Below, one piece after another: positions 28,284 through 38,245 of a stretch of DNA of 43,148 nt. Both the position numbers and the translations under genes were made by a program. Numbering within the stretch: position 1 is the first letter of the stretch; each line of letters begins with the position of its first letter. The notes below the pieces were generated by a model, which made no database searches, had not been told where the DNA came from, and worked only from the letters and a program-made list of their open reading frames with translations. The stretch covers positions 1 to 43,148 of the forward strand of contig JAQWKY010000090.1 in assembly GCA_029247585.1 (NCBI GenBank), given 5' to 3'. The stretch comes from Flavobacteriales bacterium. Its GTDB lineage: Bacteria; Bacteroidota; Bacteroidia; Flavobacteriales; UBA7430.

Positions 28284-28599
28284 TACACTCTAAAAAAATT
28301 CTATCCGCTATCTCTGGGATTACTCGTTGACGGATTTAAACGTTTGTGGATTACACAAAACAATCCCTTTAAAGAAGGTGTAAAGTAGTCTAGGGTCTCC
28401 GAATACATCTTGAAACGCTGTACCGGAAATGATAAGCATCGTAAATCGGGAAAAGCAATCGTTGTGGGCTATTTGAATACCTCGAAGAGTTTTATGACTG
28501 CTACTTACCCCTCAAATGCATTGGCTGCAATGCTCTAAAAGGTAAAGAACTCAAGAAGCTTCTTAACTCTTCTGTGCTTTGTTTCGGAATTCCTGAAGA

Positions 28600-30441
28600 T
28601 TATTCAACAGTAACCGACTTGGCAAGATTTCTCGGTTGATCAACATGACAACCACGCATCACCGCAATGTGGTAGGAGATTAGCTGAAGTGGTATGGTTG
28701 TCAACAATGGGCTCAAACGCTCATCTACTTCGGGAACCTCAATCACATGGTCCGCGATGCGGGTAACATCAACATCCCCTTCGTTTACGATGGCAATGAT
28801 TTTTCCATCTCTGGCCTTAATTTCTTGTATGTTACTAACGACTTTTTCGTAATGCTCCGTTTTTGTAGCAATCACAACCGTTGGCATGTCTTCATCAATC
28901 AAGGCAATCGGTCCGTGCTTCATTTCTGCCGCTGGATAACCTTCGGCGTGTATGTAAGAAATTTCTTTCAGCTTTAAAGCGCCCTCCAAAGCCACTGGGA
29001 AGTTAATTCCACGTCCTAAGAACAAGCAATTGGGTACATCCTTATAAGCTGCGGCAATTTTTTTCGATTGGGCGTCGAGCTTGAGGGTCTCTTCCACTTT
29101 TTTAGGTAGGGTATCTAACTCTAAGATTAATCTTCTAAACTCTTGCTCTGAAATTGTTCCTCGTTTTCTACCCAAACTCAAAGCCATCGTGATAAAGACG
29201 GTAACTTGGGCGGTGAAAGCCTTTGTCGATGCAACACCAATCTCAGGGCCTGCATGAGTATAGGCTCCTACGTGTGCTTCTCTCGCAATGCTCGAGCCTA
29301 CGACGTTGCAAATTCCAAAAATCGTAGCCCCCTTAGCTTTTGCCAATTTAATGGCGGATAAAGTGTCCGCAGTCTCTCCCGATTGTGAAACCGCAATGAC
29401 GATGTCTTTTTCGGTGATGATGGGGTTTCTGTAACGGAACTCTGAGGCATATTCTACCTCAACAGGGATGCGCGTTAAGTCTTCTATCAAATACTCCGCA
29501 ACGAGTCCTGCATGCCATGAAGTTCCACAGGCTACAATAATAATTCGATCTGCGGTTAAGAATTTTTGCTCGTATTCATCAAGACTGCCTAACCTAATGG
29601 TTCCCTGGTTCACCAATAAGCGCCCACGAAGAGTGTCAAAAATAGATTTCGGCTGCTCGTTAATTTCTTTGAGCATGAAGTGGTCATACCCTCCCTTTTC
29701 AATCGACTCGATTTCTATAGCCAGTTCTTGAACGTAAGGGCGTTTCAGTTCGTTGGCAATCGTTCGAATTTCTAATCCCTTTTCTAAAGAAATAAGTGCC
29801 ACCTCTTCCTCGTTAAGATATACTGCTTGCTTGGTATACTCGATAAAGGGCGTTGCGTCTGAGGCTATAAAATATTCCCCTTCACCAACGCCAATAACAA
29901 GGGGGCTACCTTTTTTAGCCACGACAATTTGATCTGGATTGCCTTCTTCTATAACTGCAATAGCATAAGCGCCAACCACCTGATTTAAAGCCACACGAAC
30001 GGCTTCTGCTAAGCTTACATCTGCATGAATTAAAATGTCCTCAATCAAGTTGACTAGAACCTCTGTGTCCGTATCGCTCTGAAAGGTGTATCCTCGTTTG
30101 GATAATCCTTCTTTGATGCTGGCGTAATTCTCAATAATCCCATTATGGATGATGGCTATACGCTTTGACTGAGAATAATGTGGGTGGGAATTCCGGTCGC
30201 TTGGAGCTCCATGAGTAGCCCATCGAGTGTGACCAATCCCTAATGTCGCTAGGGAGTCTTCTGCCGGGACAATGCTTTCCATCTGGACAACTTTTCCCTC
30301 TTTTTTGTAGATTTCTATTCCGTTGCCATTCAGCAAGGCAACCCCTGCGCTGTCATAACCTCGGTACTCAAGTCTTTTTAATCCTTTAACCAATATTGGG
30401 TACGCTTTTTTGCTCCCCAAATAACCTACTATTCCACACAT
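28600..30441 (-). CDS. glmS: Glutamine--fructose-6-phosphate transaminase
   Basis: MCGIVG, GHTRWATHG, SQSGETAD, PRNLAKSVTVE. Confidence 0.97.
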   Translation of the reverse strand: MCGIVGYLGSKKAYPILVKGLKRLEYRGYDSAGVALLNGNGIEIYKKEGKVVQMESIVPAEDSLATLGIGHTRWATHGAPSDRNSHPHYSQSKRIAIIHNGIIENYASIKEGLSKRGYTFQSDTDTEVLVNLIEDILIHADVSLAEAVRVALNQVVGAYAIAVIEEGNPDQIVVAKKGSPLVIGVGEGEYFIASDATPFIEYTKQAVYLNEEEVALISLEKGLEIRTIANELKRPYVQELAIEIESIEKGGYDHFMLKEINEQPKSIFDTLRGRLLVNQGTIRLGSLDEYEQKFLTADRIIIVACGTSWHAGLVAEYLIEDLTRIPVEVEYASEFRYRNPIITEKDIVIAVSQSGETADTLSAIKLAKAKGATIFGICNVVGSSIAREAHVGAYTHAGPEIGVASTKAFTAQVTVFITMALSLGRKRGTISEQEFRRLILELDTLPKKVEETLKLDAQSKKIAAAYKDVPNCLFLGRGINFPVALEGALKLKEISYIHAEGYPAAEMKHGPIALIDEDMPTVVIATKTEHYEKVVSNIQEIKARDGKIIAIVNEGDVDVTRIADHVIEVPEVDERLSPLLTTIPLQLISYHIAVMRGCHVDQPRNLAKSVTVE

Positions 30442-30487
30442 ATCCTTTACCTTAGTTCGGTTAATTTTTTAGAGGTCGGAATTTTCG

Positions 30488-31294
30488 TTACCCCTCAAAC
30501 AATGTTTCGTAAAAAGGCTTATACTGCTCTTTGTATGCACCCTCCGAAAACTCCAAGGTAGGTAATTTTGAGTCTTCAATCAACTTCAAAACATCTTTAT
30601 CAAGGTCTATGCTTCCCTTAACCACGGCGTCGGAGTAATTGATTGCCGTCTCCGTTAATTTTTTAAAGTCTGCTTTCTCAAACCCAATAAGGTCTTCTTC
30701 GCTATGTCCGTCAAACTTGAGCTTGTTGGATAAATCATCACTAAGAGTACCTTCGAAAGACTGGTTGTATAGTGAAACAACGATTTTGGTGTTCTCAAAA
30801 ATAGGATCGTCGTGGTAAAACTTTTTCAAATACATCGGCAAGAAGCTTGCCATCCACCCATTACAGTGAATTACATCTGGTGACCAGCCTAACTTTTTCA
30901 CAGACTCAATAACACCTCTACAGAAGAACAAGGCGCGCTCGTCGTTATCGTCGTAAAACTTTCCTTTCTTGTCTTCCGTAGTAAACTTTCTCTTAAAGTA
31001 TTCTTCGTTATCTATGAAGTATACTTGCATCCTTGCTTGAGGTATAGATGCAACTTTGATAATCAATGGCTGATCAATATCATTTACGATAAGATTCATT
31101 CCCGAAAGACGTATTACTTCGTGAAGTTGATGTCTTCTTTCGTTGATGCATCCAAAACGAGGCATAAACAACCGAACTTCAATGCCAGACTCATTCATGG
31201 CTTGTGGTAAAAAACGAGAAGTCTTAGATAAGTCATTCTCAGGTAAGTACGGGGAAATTTCTTGTGAAACGTATAGTATTCTTTTCTTAGCCAT
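30488..31294 (-). CDS. Glycogen/starch synthase catalytic-domain-only protein (GT5 N-terminal half)
   Basis: MPRFG, DNDERALFF, PDVIHCNGW; 268-aa short form seen in Bacteroidota next to panC. Confidence 0.85.
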   Translation of the reverse strand: MAKKRILYVSQEISPYLPENDLSKTSRFLPQAMNESGIEVRLFMPRFGCINERRHQLHEVIRLSGMNLIVNDIDQPLIIKVASIPQARMQVYFIDNEEYFKRKFTTEDKKGKFYDDNDERALFFCRGVIESVKKLGWSPDVIHCNGWMASFLPMYLKKFYHDDPIFENTKIVVSLYNQSFEGTLSDDLSNKLKFDGHSEEDLIGFEKADFKKLTETAINYSDAVVKGSIDLDKDVLKLIEDSKLPTLEFSEGAYKEQYKPFYETLFEG

Positions 31295-31396
31295 AACTTT
31301 ACATCCTGTTATTCAAATTCAAGACGCAAAAATACAAAATAATCTCGAGTTTATTAAGTTTTTCAGTAGCTTTAACCCCTGTTTTAGCAAGAAGCG

Positions 31397-32245
31397 ATGA
31401 AAATCATTTCAACCGTATCCGATTTAAGTCTTTTTTTAAATGCAAACTCAAAGTCTCGCAATTTGGGTTTTGTGCCTACTATGGGTGCCTTGCATCTCGG
31501 ACACTTGAGTTTAATTCAAAAGGCTTTGGAACAAAACGACCTTGTTCTGTGTTCAATTTTTGTAAACCCAACCCAATTCAATAACAGCGAAGACTTAGAG
31601 CAATACCCCGACCGAATTCAGGAAGACCTAAAGGCTTTAGAAGAGGCCGGATGTCATGCTGTTTTTACCCCTATCGAATCCGAAATTTACCCTAAAGACT
31701 ACGTCTCTAAACAGTACGATTTTGGTTTGCTCGACAAGGTCATGGAGGGAGAAAATAGACCGGGACACTTTGAAGGGGTTGCTGCGGTTGTGTCAAGGCT
31801 ATTTGAACTTGTAAAGCCCCAAAAAGCCTACTTCGGGGAGAAAGATTTTCAACAATTAACCATCATCAAATCGCTTGTTCAGCAGGAACGGTTAAATCTT
31901 GAAATTGTGGCTTGCCCGATTTTGAGAGAATCCGACGGCTTGGCGATGAGCTCCAGAAACCTTCTTCTTCAACCAAAAGCTCGAGAAGCTGCCGCTCGAA
32001 TCTACAAAAGACTTTTGCGGGTCAAAAGACTTGCCTCAAATCAACCCATTCCCGAAGTCAAAAAGTGGATCACCCAAGCCTTTGATGAGGACCCTGATTT
32101 AACTCTTGAATACTTTGAGATTGTAAATACCGCCGATTTACAGCGCTCTGCCAGCTGGTCTGACCACAAAGATCACATTGCTTGTATCGCCTGCTACGCA
32201 GACGCTATTCGACTGATAGACAACCTTTTTATCGAAATAAATTAA
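31397..32245 (+). CDS. panC: Pantoate--beta-alanine ligase
   Basis: PTMGALHLGH, RPGHF, FGEKDFQQ, GLAMSSRN, RLIDN. Confidence 0.96.
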   Translation: MKIISTVSDLSLFLNANSKSRNLGFVPTMGALHLGHLSLIQKALEQNDLVLCSIFVNPTQFNNSEDLEQYPDRIQEDLKALEEAGCHAVFTPIESEIYPKDYVSKQYDFGLLDKVMEGENRPGHFEGVAAVVSRLFELVKPQKAYFGEKDFQQLTIIKSLVQQERLNLEIVACPILRESDGLAMSSRNLLLQPKAREAAARIYKRLLRVKRLASNQPIPEVKKWITQAFDEDPDLTLEYFEIVNTADLQRSASWSDHKDHIACIACYADAIRLIDNLFIEIN

Positions 32246-32283
32246 TCCGACCGTCTAACAAACATTTTGTTTACCTTTGACGC

Positions 32284-32634
32284 ATGCAAATACAGGTCGT
32301 TAAATCTAAAATTCACCGGGTTAAAATCACCCAAGCTGACTTAAACTACATCGGTAGCATTACCATCGATGAGAGTCTCATGTTAGCCTCTAACATCATT
32401 GAAGGGGAAAAGGTTCAAATTGTAAACATCAATAATGGTGAACGCATCGAAACCTACGCCATAAAAGGTGTTAAAGGTTCGGGTGAAGTCTGCATGAACG
32501 GTCCTGCTGCGCGAAAAGTTCAACCCGGAGATATTGTGATCATCATCTCTTACGCAAGCATGCCACTTAATGAGGCTAAGAAGTTTACGCCCGCATTAAT
32601 CTTCCCAAACGAAGAAACCAACCAGCTTGATTAG
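32284..32634 (+). CDS. panD: Aspartate 1-decarboxylase
   Basis: [20 protein letters not shown]. Confidence 0.96.
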   Translation: MQIQVVKSKIHRVKITQADLNYIGSITIDESLMLASNIIEGEKVQIVNINNGERIETYAIKGVKGSGEVCMNGPAARKVQPGDIVIIISYASMPLNEAKKFTPALIFPNEETNQLD

Positions 32635-32636
32635 TC

Positions 32637-33650
32637 ATGAAGGCCCAGATCTTATCTTTCCTTAAATATGTGTTTTTTCTGGGTATTGGCGCCCTCTTCC
32701 TTTACTTTGTCCTTCGAGATCAGGACATAGACAAGATGCTCCAAGATCTTCGCAACGCAAAATATGGATACCTTATTTTCTCGATGATCTTTGGTTACGC
32801 TGCTTACGTTTTTAGAGGCTTACGCTGGTTACTCTTACTTAAAACCATGAACTACAAAACAAGCGCCAACCTTGCCACACAAGCCATTGCTTCAGGCTAT
32901 CTTGCCAACGCAATATTCCCCAGAGCAGGCGAAATTGTTCGTTGTACAAGCCTCTACAAGGTAACGGGTATTCCGGTAAACAAACTTTTTGGAACCATTC
33001 TTTTGGAGCGCGCCGTTGATTTAGTCCTTTTGGTTTTGTGCATCACTTTAAGCTTTGTTTTGAAGTTCTCTGAACTGAGCAACTTTTTTACATCGATCTC
33101 CAGCGAAACTGAGCCCAATGAAGCTTCGAACACTCCTATTCTTATTCTCGCCGCAGTGGTTGTCATTGTGGGAGCTTTATATTTCTTTAGGAATGCGCTA
33201 AAAAACAGCAAGCTCTACCTAAAAGTTGTCGCGCTTTGGGAAGGCGTCAAAGAAGGTTTTAAAACAGCCTTTTACATGAAAGAAAAGTCTCTATTTATCC
33301 TTTACAGTTTACTCATTTGGCTGATGTATTTGTTGATGACTTACATTTGCTTCTTCAGTGTTCCTGAAACCTCCAACCTAAGCCTTGTTGACGGATTATA
33401 CATTATGGTTATTGGCGGATTGGGAATGATTGTTCCTGTACAGGGTGGGCTGGGTCCTTACCACGCAGCAGTTACCTTGGGTATTGCAAGTATTGGCCTT
33501 GCGGAAAGCACTGGAATCACGCTTGCGGTATTAATTCATACCGCTCAGTCAATAATGATTATCATCACCGGAATTATTGCGGCAATTGTTTTATCTTTCG
33601 CTAAAAGAAAAGCAGGCCATCATGAAGCAAGTGACGCTCCTTCAGTCTAA
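32637..33650 (+). CDS. Lysylphosphatidylglycerol synthase TM-domain (flippase-like) membrane protein
   Basis: Multiple TM helices, RW, PRAGEIVR, LER, PVQGGLG. Confidence 0.8.
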   Translation: MKAQILSFLKYVFFLGIGALFLYFVLRDQDIDKMLQDLRNAKYGYLIFSMIFGYAAYVFRGLRWLLLLKTMNYKTSANLATQAIASGYLANAIFPRAGEIVRCTSLYKVTGIPVNKLFGTILLERAVDLVLLVLCITLSFVLKFSELSNFFTSISSETEPNEASNTPILILAAVVVIVGALYFFRNALKNSKLYLKVVALWEGVKEGFKTAFYMKEKSLFILYSLLIWLMYLLMTYICFFSVPETSNLSLVDGLYIMVIGGLGMIVPVQGGLGPYHAAVTLGIASIGLAESTGITLAVLIHTAQSIMIIITGIIAAIVLSFAKRKAGHHEASDAPSV

Positions 33651-34113
33651 AATTTTATCCTTTTCAGAATTAAAAACACAAACAGAAAAATGGCGTAACA
33701 ACCATGAAAAAATTGTGTTTACCAACGGCTGTTTTGACTTGCTCCACCTGGGGCATATTGACTACTTAGCCAAAGCCCGCGATTTAGGAAGCCGTCTTGT
33801 AATCGGACTAAATACAGATCGCTCTGTGCAAAACATAAAAGGCCCCTCTCGGCCCGTTAAAGACGAGCTTAGTAGAGCTCATATTCTTGCCGCAATGGGG
33901 TTTGTAGATGCCGTTGTTCTGTTCGATGAAGAAACTCCTATTCATCTCATTTCTTTAGTAAAGCCCGACATTCTTGTTAAGGGTGGGGATTATGCTATTG
34001 AGGATATTGTAGGACACGAATTGGTTCAAAAATACGGCGGGAATGTTTGCACCATCCCTTTTGTTGAAGGCTATTCAAGCAGCCGACTCATCAATAAGAT
34101 TAACCAAGGATAA
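33622..34113 (+). CDS. rfaE2: D-glycero-beta-D-manno-heptose 1-phosphate adenylyltransferase
   Basis: FTNGCFDLLHLGH, GLNTD, KGGDY, GYSSS; start ATG 33622. Confidence 0.9.
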   Translation: MKQVTLLQSKILSFSELKTQTEKWRNNHEKIVFTNGCFDLLHLGHIDYLAKARDLGSRLVIGLNTDRSVQNIKGPSRPVKDELSRAHILAAMGFVDAVVLFDEETPIHLISLVKPDILVKGGDYAIEDIVGHELVQKYGGNVCTIPFVEGYSSSRLINKINQG

Positions 34114-35478
34114 ATGGCTAAACCAAAGATTAAAACAGCTTATTTCTGTCAAAACTGCGGAGCCCAACACCCAAAATGGCAAGGCCAATGTGTCGCGTGT
34201 AAAGAGTGGAACACCGTTGTTGAAGAAGTGGTTCAAAAAGAGCCCGTAAAAGTCTGGGCAAAAAAAGAATCAAAGCACAAAGTTAAAGCGCTTAAAGTTG
34301 CCGAAATCTCTCTTGAGAAAGAAGCTAGAATACAAACAAATAATGTCGAGCTCGATCGTGTTTTGGGGGGAGGAATCGTTCCTGGGGCGATTGTTCTATT
34401 GGGTGGAGAGCCCGGTATTGGGAAGTCAACGTTGATGTTGCAACTTGCTTTAAGCTTAAAGAGCTGTAAAACACTTTACGTTTCTGGAGAAGAGAGTGAC
34501 AAGCAAATTAAAATGCGTGCAGAACGACTCGGCGAAGAAGCTTCCGATTGTTACATCCTCACCGAAACCGCAACACAAAACATCTTTACACACATCCAAA
34601 GCTTAGACCCTGACTTGGTTGTAATTGATTCAATCCAAACGCTACACAGTCAGGCCATCGACTCGTCTCCAGGGTCCATTTCACAAATCAGAGAAACCGC
34701 AGCTGAGTTGTTGCGATTTGCCAAAGAAACTGCTACGCCCGTCATTCTCATTGGTCACATTACTAAAGATGGTAATATTGCCGGTCCTAAAATCTTAGAA
34801 CATATGGTTGATGTTGTCCTTCAGTTTGAGGGAGATCGAAACCACATCTACAGAATCCTCAGGGCTCAGAAAAACCGATTTGGATCTACGGCTGAACTGG
34901 GTATTTATGAAATGGTTAACTCGGGCCTTCGCGAAGTTCACAACCCATCCGAAGTTCTGATTTCTCAAAAAGAAGAAGCTCTGAGCGGTACTGCTATTGC
35001 AGCAACGGTAGAGGGGATGAGACCGATGCTTATTGAGATACAGGCACTAGTGAGCTCTGCAGTATACGGCACTCCTCAGCGAAGTGCAACAGGCTTTGAC
35101 CTTCGAAGATTAAGCATGCTCTTAGCTGTGCTGGAAAAAAGATGTGGATTTCGGCTGGGTGCTAAAGATGTGTTCCTAAATATTACCGGAGGAATTAAGG
35201 TAGACGATCCGTCAATTGATTTGTGCGTCGTAGCAGCTATTTTGTCCTCTAATGAGGATGTGGCGATTTCTGATAAAATCTGTTTCGCCGGGGAAGTAGG
35301 CTTATCTGGTGAAATTAGACCCGCTACAAGAATTGAACAACGGATTTTAGAAGCGGAAAAACTGGGCTTCGAACAAATTTTCATCTCTCGTTACAACAAA
35401 GTAGAGATCGGAAAGTTCGGCATTAAGGTCATGGCTTTTGGTAAGATTGAAGAAATTTACCAAAGGCTCTTCAACTAG
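34114..35478 (+). CDS. radA: DNA repair protein RadA/Sms
   Basis: Zn finger CQNC..CVAC, GEPGIGKS, KNRFG, Lon-like C-terminus. Confidence 0.96.
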   Translation: MAKPKIKTAYFCQNCGAQHPKWQGQCVACKEWNTVVEEVVQKEPVKVWAKKESKHKVKALKVAEISLEKEARIQTNNVELDRVLGGGIVPGAIVLLGGEPGIGKSTLMLQLALSLKSCKTLYVSGEESDKQIKMRAERLGEEASDCYILTETATQNIFTHIQSLDPDLVVIDSIQTLHSQAIDSSPGSISQIRETAAELLRFAKETATPVILIGHITKDGNIAGPKILEHMVDVVLQFEGDRNHIYRILRAQKNRFGSTAELGIYEMVNSGLREVHNPSEVLISQKEEALSGTAIAATVEGMRPMLIEIQALVSSAVYGTPQRSATGFDLRRLSMLLAVLEKRCGFRLGAKDVFLNITGGIKVDDPSIDLCVVAAILSSNEDVAISDKICFAGEVGLSGEIRPATRIEQRILEAEKLGFEQIFISRYNKVEIGKFGIKVMAFGKIEEIYQRLFN

Positions 35479-35499
35479 TCTCACCTCGCGAATTCCTCA

Positions 35500-35841
35500 T
35501 CAATCGTGAGGTGCTTTACAGCAAAAGTGAAGGTTTTCATAAGCCAAGGAATCCGCCTTAACCGAATCTGCAGAATAACCTAGCTCACTAATGACCGCTC
35601 TAAGGTGGTCTAAAGACGTTTTATCACGCCTATAACGGATGGTCAAAGCTCCAGACGCCACGTCCATCTCTGCATACTTTACCCCCTTTTCATAAGCTAA
35701 CGTTTTATTGACGATCAGGTTTTCGCACATCTCACAGACCGCACTCGTTTGAATGACTGCTGTAACTACTTTTTTTGCCTTGACCTGAGCAAAGGAGGCA
35801 GTTGTTGTGAGCATCGCCATCAGTAAAAGCCATTTTCTCAT
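35500..35841 (-). CDS. Exported heavy-metal-associated (HMA) domain protein
   Basis: Signal peptide from ATG 35841, VCEMC motif, C-terminal LHFCCK. Confidence 0.8.
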   Translation of the reverse strand: MRKWLLLMAMLTTTASFAQVKAKKVVTAVIQTSAVCEMCENLIVNKTLAYEKGVKYAEMDVASGALTIRYRRDKTSLDHLRAVISELGYSADSVKADSLAYENLHFCCKAPHD

Positions 35842-38105
35842 AATTCCTCTTTTTCTTTGTTTATTCGGAAACGAATTCCTGTGTACCATTTTCTGCCGTG
35901 AGTGGGCCCCCATATCATGGCAGCATCAAAGCCCTCACTGAAAGGGTTCCTAGCATTTCTGATTGGATTTTCTTGTACGTAATTTAGCAAATTTTCGACC
36001 CCCAAATACCATTCCAGCTTTTTAAACCGCTTGGTGTATTGCGCAGAAACCAATTGGAATTTTGGAGACCAATACGATGGAATTCGGTTTCCCTCTGAAT
36101 TGTCTTCTGGGACTCTGCTCGGGCCGACATTTTGAACCGTTATATTTACATCCCATTTGTTTTGCCAAGGTACATAAGAAACTTGAGCCATTGATCTGTA
36201 TTTAGGAACAAAAGGGACTGCTTTGTATCCAGTCTCCGAGCCGTAAGTCGTTTTGGTTTCATTCCACTTATGTGCATACTTCAATTCCCACCCCTCATAG
36301 GGCTCTATGCTTGCGTCCAATTGAAGGCTGTTGGAAAGGGATCGACCTTTCAAATTGTATATTTTTATCCGACTACTCTCTTCTAGGTCAACGACCACTT
36401 GGCTGTTAAAGTCTGTTTGATAGAAATCGATATTTAATGCTGTTTCTTTTCCGTATATGTGTGTGTTGTAGGTAAAATTAACTCCGTAATTCCACGCTTC
36501 CTCTGCGGCTAGGCTGGCATCGGGCATTTCTAAGGTTCTTGAGCTAAAGAAATACGAAATGTTTTCCGAAAAAACATTCGCTTGTCGATATGCCTTGCCC
36601 ACAGATGCGCGCACCACTGCATTTTCTAGAGGGTTGTATCGCAAGTGTAAACGAGGGCTGTACCACATACCTAAGTCTTTTGAGTGGTCTGCACGCATTC
36701 CTAGCGTCCCACAAAACCTTGCGCCTGCTTTGTATTGTAGTTCTCCAAAAACGCCCAAAATGTGGTCTTTTCGATTGAATATTTTCTCGCTTAACTGCCG
36801 TAATTTTAACCCCTCTTGATAGTGGTCGCCATAATAGGTAAGCCCAGCCTTGTAGGTTTTCGAATCATCGCCAAAATTGGACTGGTAAATTGCATTTAGA
36901 TAACTACTTTCTTGCACTCCTTTGTAATGAGAACTGCCGAAAAAAGTCTTTTGATCGTGGAGTCTAAATGTACTTATTAATGCCAGGCTTGTTCCTGGTT
37001 TGTCAAAAATAAACCCTGTTTTAGAGTGTATCTCCAGCTGTTCTGTTTGAAGCCTTACCTCATAAGGGTTTTTAAACTCAATCAGTTCTGTTCTTGGATT
37101 GTCCGTGTTGTATTGGCCCCCCAATTTCTCTTCGCTAAGATATCGCATTCCAAAAGTAATATGGCGATTGTCAAACCCGACATAATCCCAACGATTCAAT
37201 AATGATAGTCTCTTTATTTGAGGGTCTTCTACAAACCCGTCCTTATTATTATCAACCTCCTGACCTAAATAAGAATAGTGTCCTAGCAAAACCGTCTGCC
37301 AATCTCCTTCCAAAAGAGGGGAGGCAACAAAATTATTTTCCAACATGCCCATGCTGTTCAAGTAAGTATTCCACATAAGAGCTGGGGCGGTTTGAGGCTT
37401 GTAGAGCTCAACATTAATTTGTCCACTCAAAGACTCAAACCCATTGACCACAGAGCCTGTGCCTTTAGACACCTGTATAGACTCAATCCAGACTCCGGGA
37501 AGAAAACTTAAGCCATAGGAAGCGGACAAACCTCTCAAAAAAGGCTTATTTTCAAACAACACTTGAGCATAGACTCCGTCTAAGCCAAGCATTTGAATCT
37601 GCTTAGCGCCTGTCAATGCGTCGGTAAAACTTACATCAACGGAGGGGTTGGTTTCAAAACTCTCCGACAAGCTACAACAGGCGGCCTTTTGAAGCTCCTC
37701 GCTAGAAATCCATTCAACATTATTTACCTGTAATAATGACTTCGCATTTGTTTTGCGACGATCCATTAGGTTTACCTCTAAAAGTGTTTTGGCTTGTAAT
37801 ATAAATTTTACCGTCCCCTCTTTTTTTACCTCTACGGTATCACTTTCATAGCCAACAAAGCTAGCCACTAAGGACGTTGGGAACTCAGATGTTGCTTTTA
37901 AGACAAATGCTCCGAGATTATCGGAAATCGTTCCTCGCTGATCTTCAACACAAAAAACATGAGCTCCCGGCAAGGGGGCTAAAACACCTTTGGCATTTCG
38001 CTCGTATACAAAGCCCTCTATATTGATGGCAGGCGGGGCTTGCTGCGCAAATATAGGGCTCGCAAATGCAACAAAAATGAATTGTATAATGTACTTTTTT
38101 ACCAT
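35838..38105 (-). CDS. TonB-dependent receptor, probable metal transport
   Basis: Carboxypeptidase-regulatory-like N-domain, plug with AACCSLSESFETN, C-terminal WGP..GIRF; stop overlaps HMA gene start. Confidence 0.88.
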   Translation of the reverse strand: MVKKYIIQFIFVAFASPIFAQQAPPAINIEGFVYERNAKGVLAPLPGAHVFCVEDQRGTISDNLGAFVLKATSEFPTSLVASFVGYESDTVEVKKEGTVKFILQAKTLLEVNLMDRRKTNAKSLLQVNNVEWISSEELQKAACCSLSESFETNPSVDVSFTDALTGAKQIQMLGLDGVYAQVLFENKPFLRGLSASYGLSFLPGVWIESIQVSKGTGSVVNGFESLSGQINVELYKPQTAPALMWNTYLNSMGMLENNFVASPLLEGDWQTVLLGHYSYLGQEVDNNKDGFVEDPQIKRLSLLNRWDYVGFDNRHITFGMRYLSEEKLGGQYNTDNPRTELIEFKNPYEVRLQTEQLEIHSKTGFIFDKPGTSLALISTFRLHDQKTFFGSSHYKGVQESSYLNAIYQSNFGDDSKTYKAGLTYYGDHYQEGLKLRQLSEKIFNRKDHILGVFGELQYKAGARFCGTLGMRADHSKDLGMWYSPRLHLRYNPLENAVVRASVGKAYRQANVFSENISYFFSSRTLEMPDASLAAEEAWNYGVNFTYNTHIYGKETALNIDFYQTDFNSQVVVDLEESSRIKIYNLKGRSLSNSLQLDASIEPYEGWELKYAHKWNETKTTYGSETGYKAVPFVPKYRSMAQVSYVPWQNKWDVNITVQNVGPSRVPEDNSEGNRIPSYWSPKFQLVSAQYTKRFKKLEWYLGVENLLNYVQENPIRNARNPFSEGFDAAMIWGPTHGRKWYTGIRFRINKEKEEL

Positions 38106-38245
38106 ACAGTAAACCTTAACGCGCTTTTTTGTGTCGGGGAATCAGCAACAAGAGCTCCCCTAAACTTTTTAAAACCTAAATTTACAGCTAAAACTTCAAT
38201 TTTCGTGCCCAAAGCGCTTGAGGGAGCTATGAAGATCTCTTAAAT

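Noticed and set aside
28284-28599. Hidden gene or ncRNA in the 316-bp gap before glmS
   Set aside because: No convincing ORF; only a short palindrome (AAGAAGCTTCTT).
30442-30487. glmS ribozyme
   Set aside because: The gap is only 46 bp and shows no ribozyme core.
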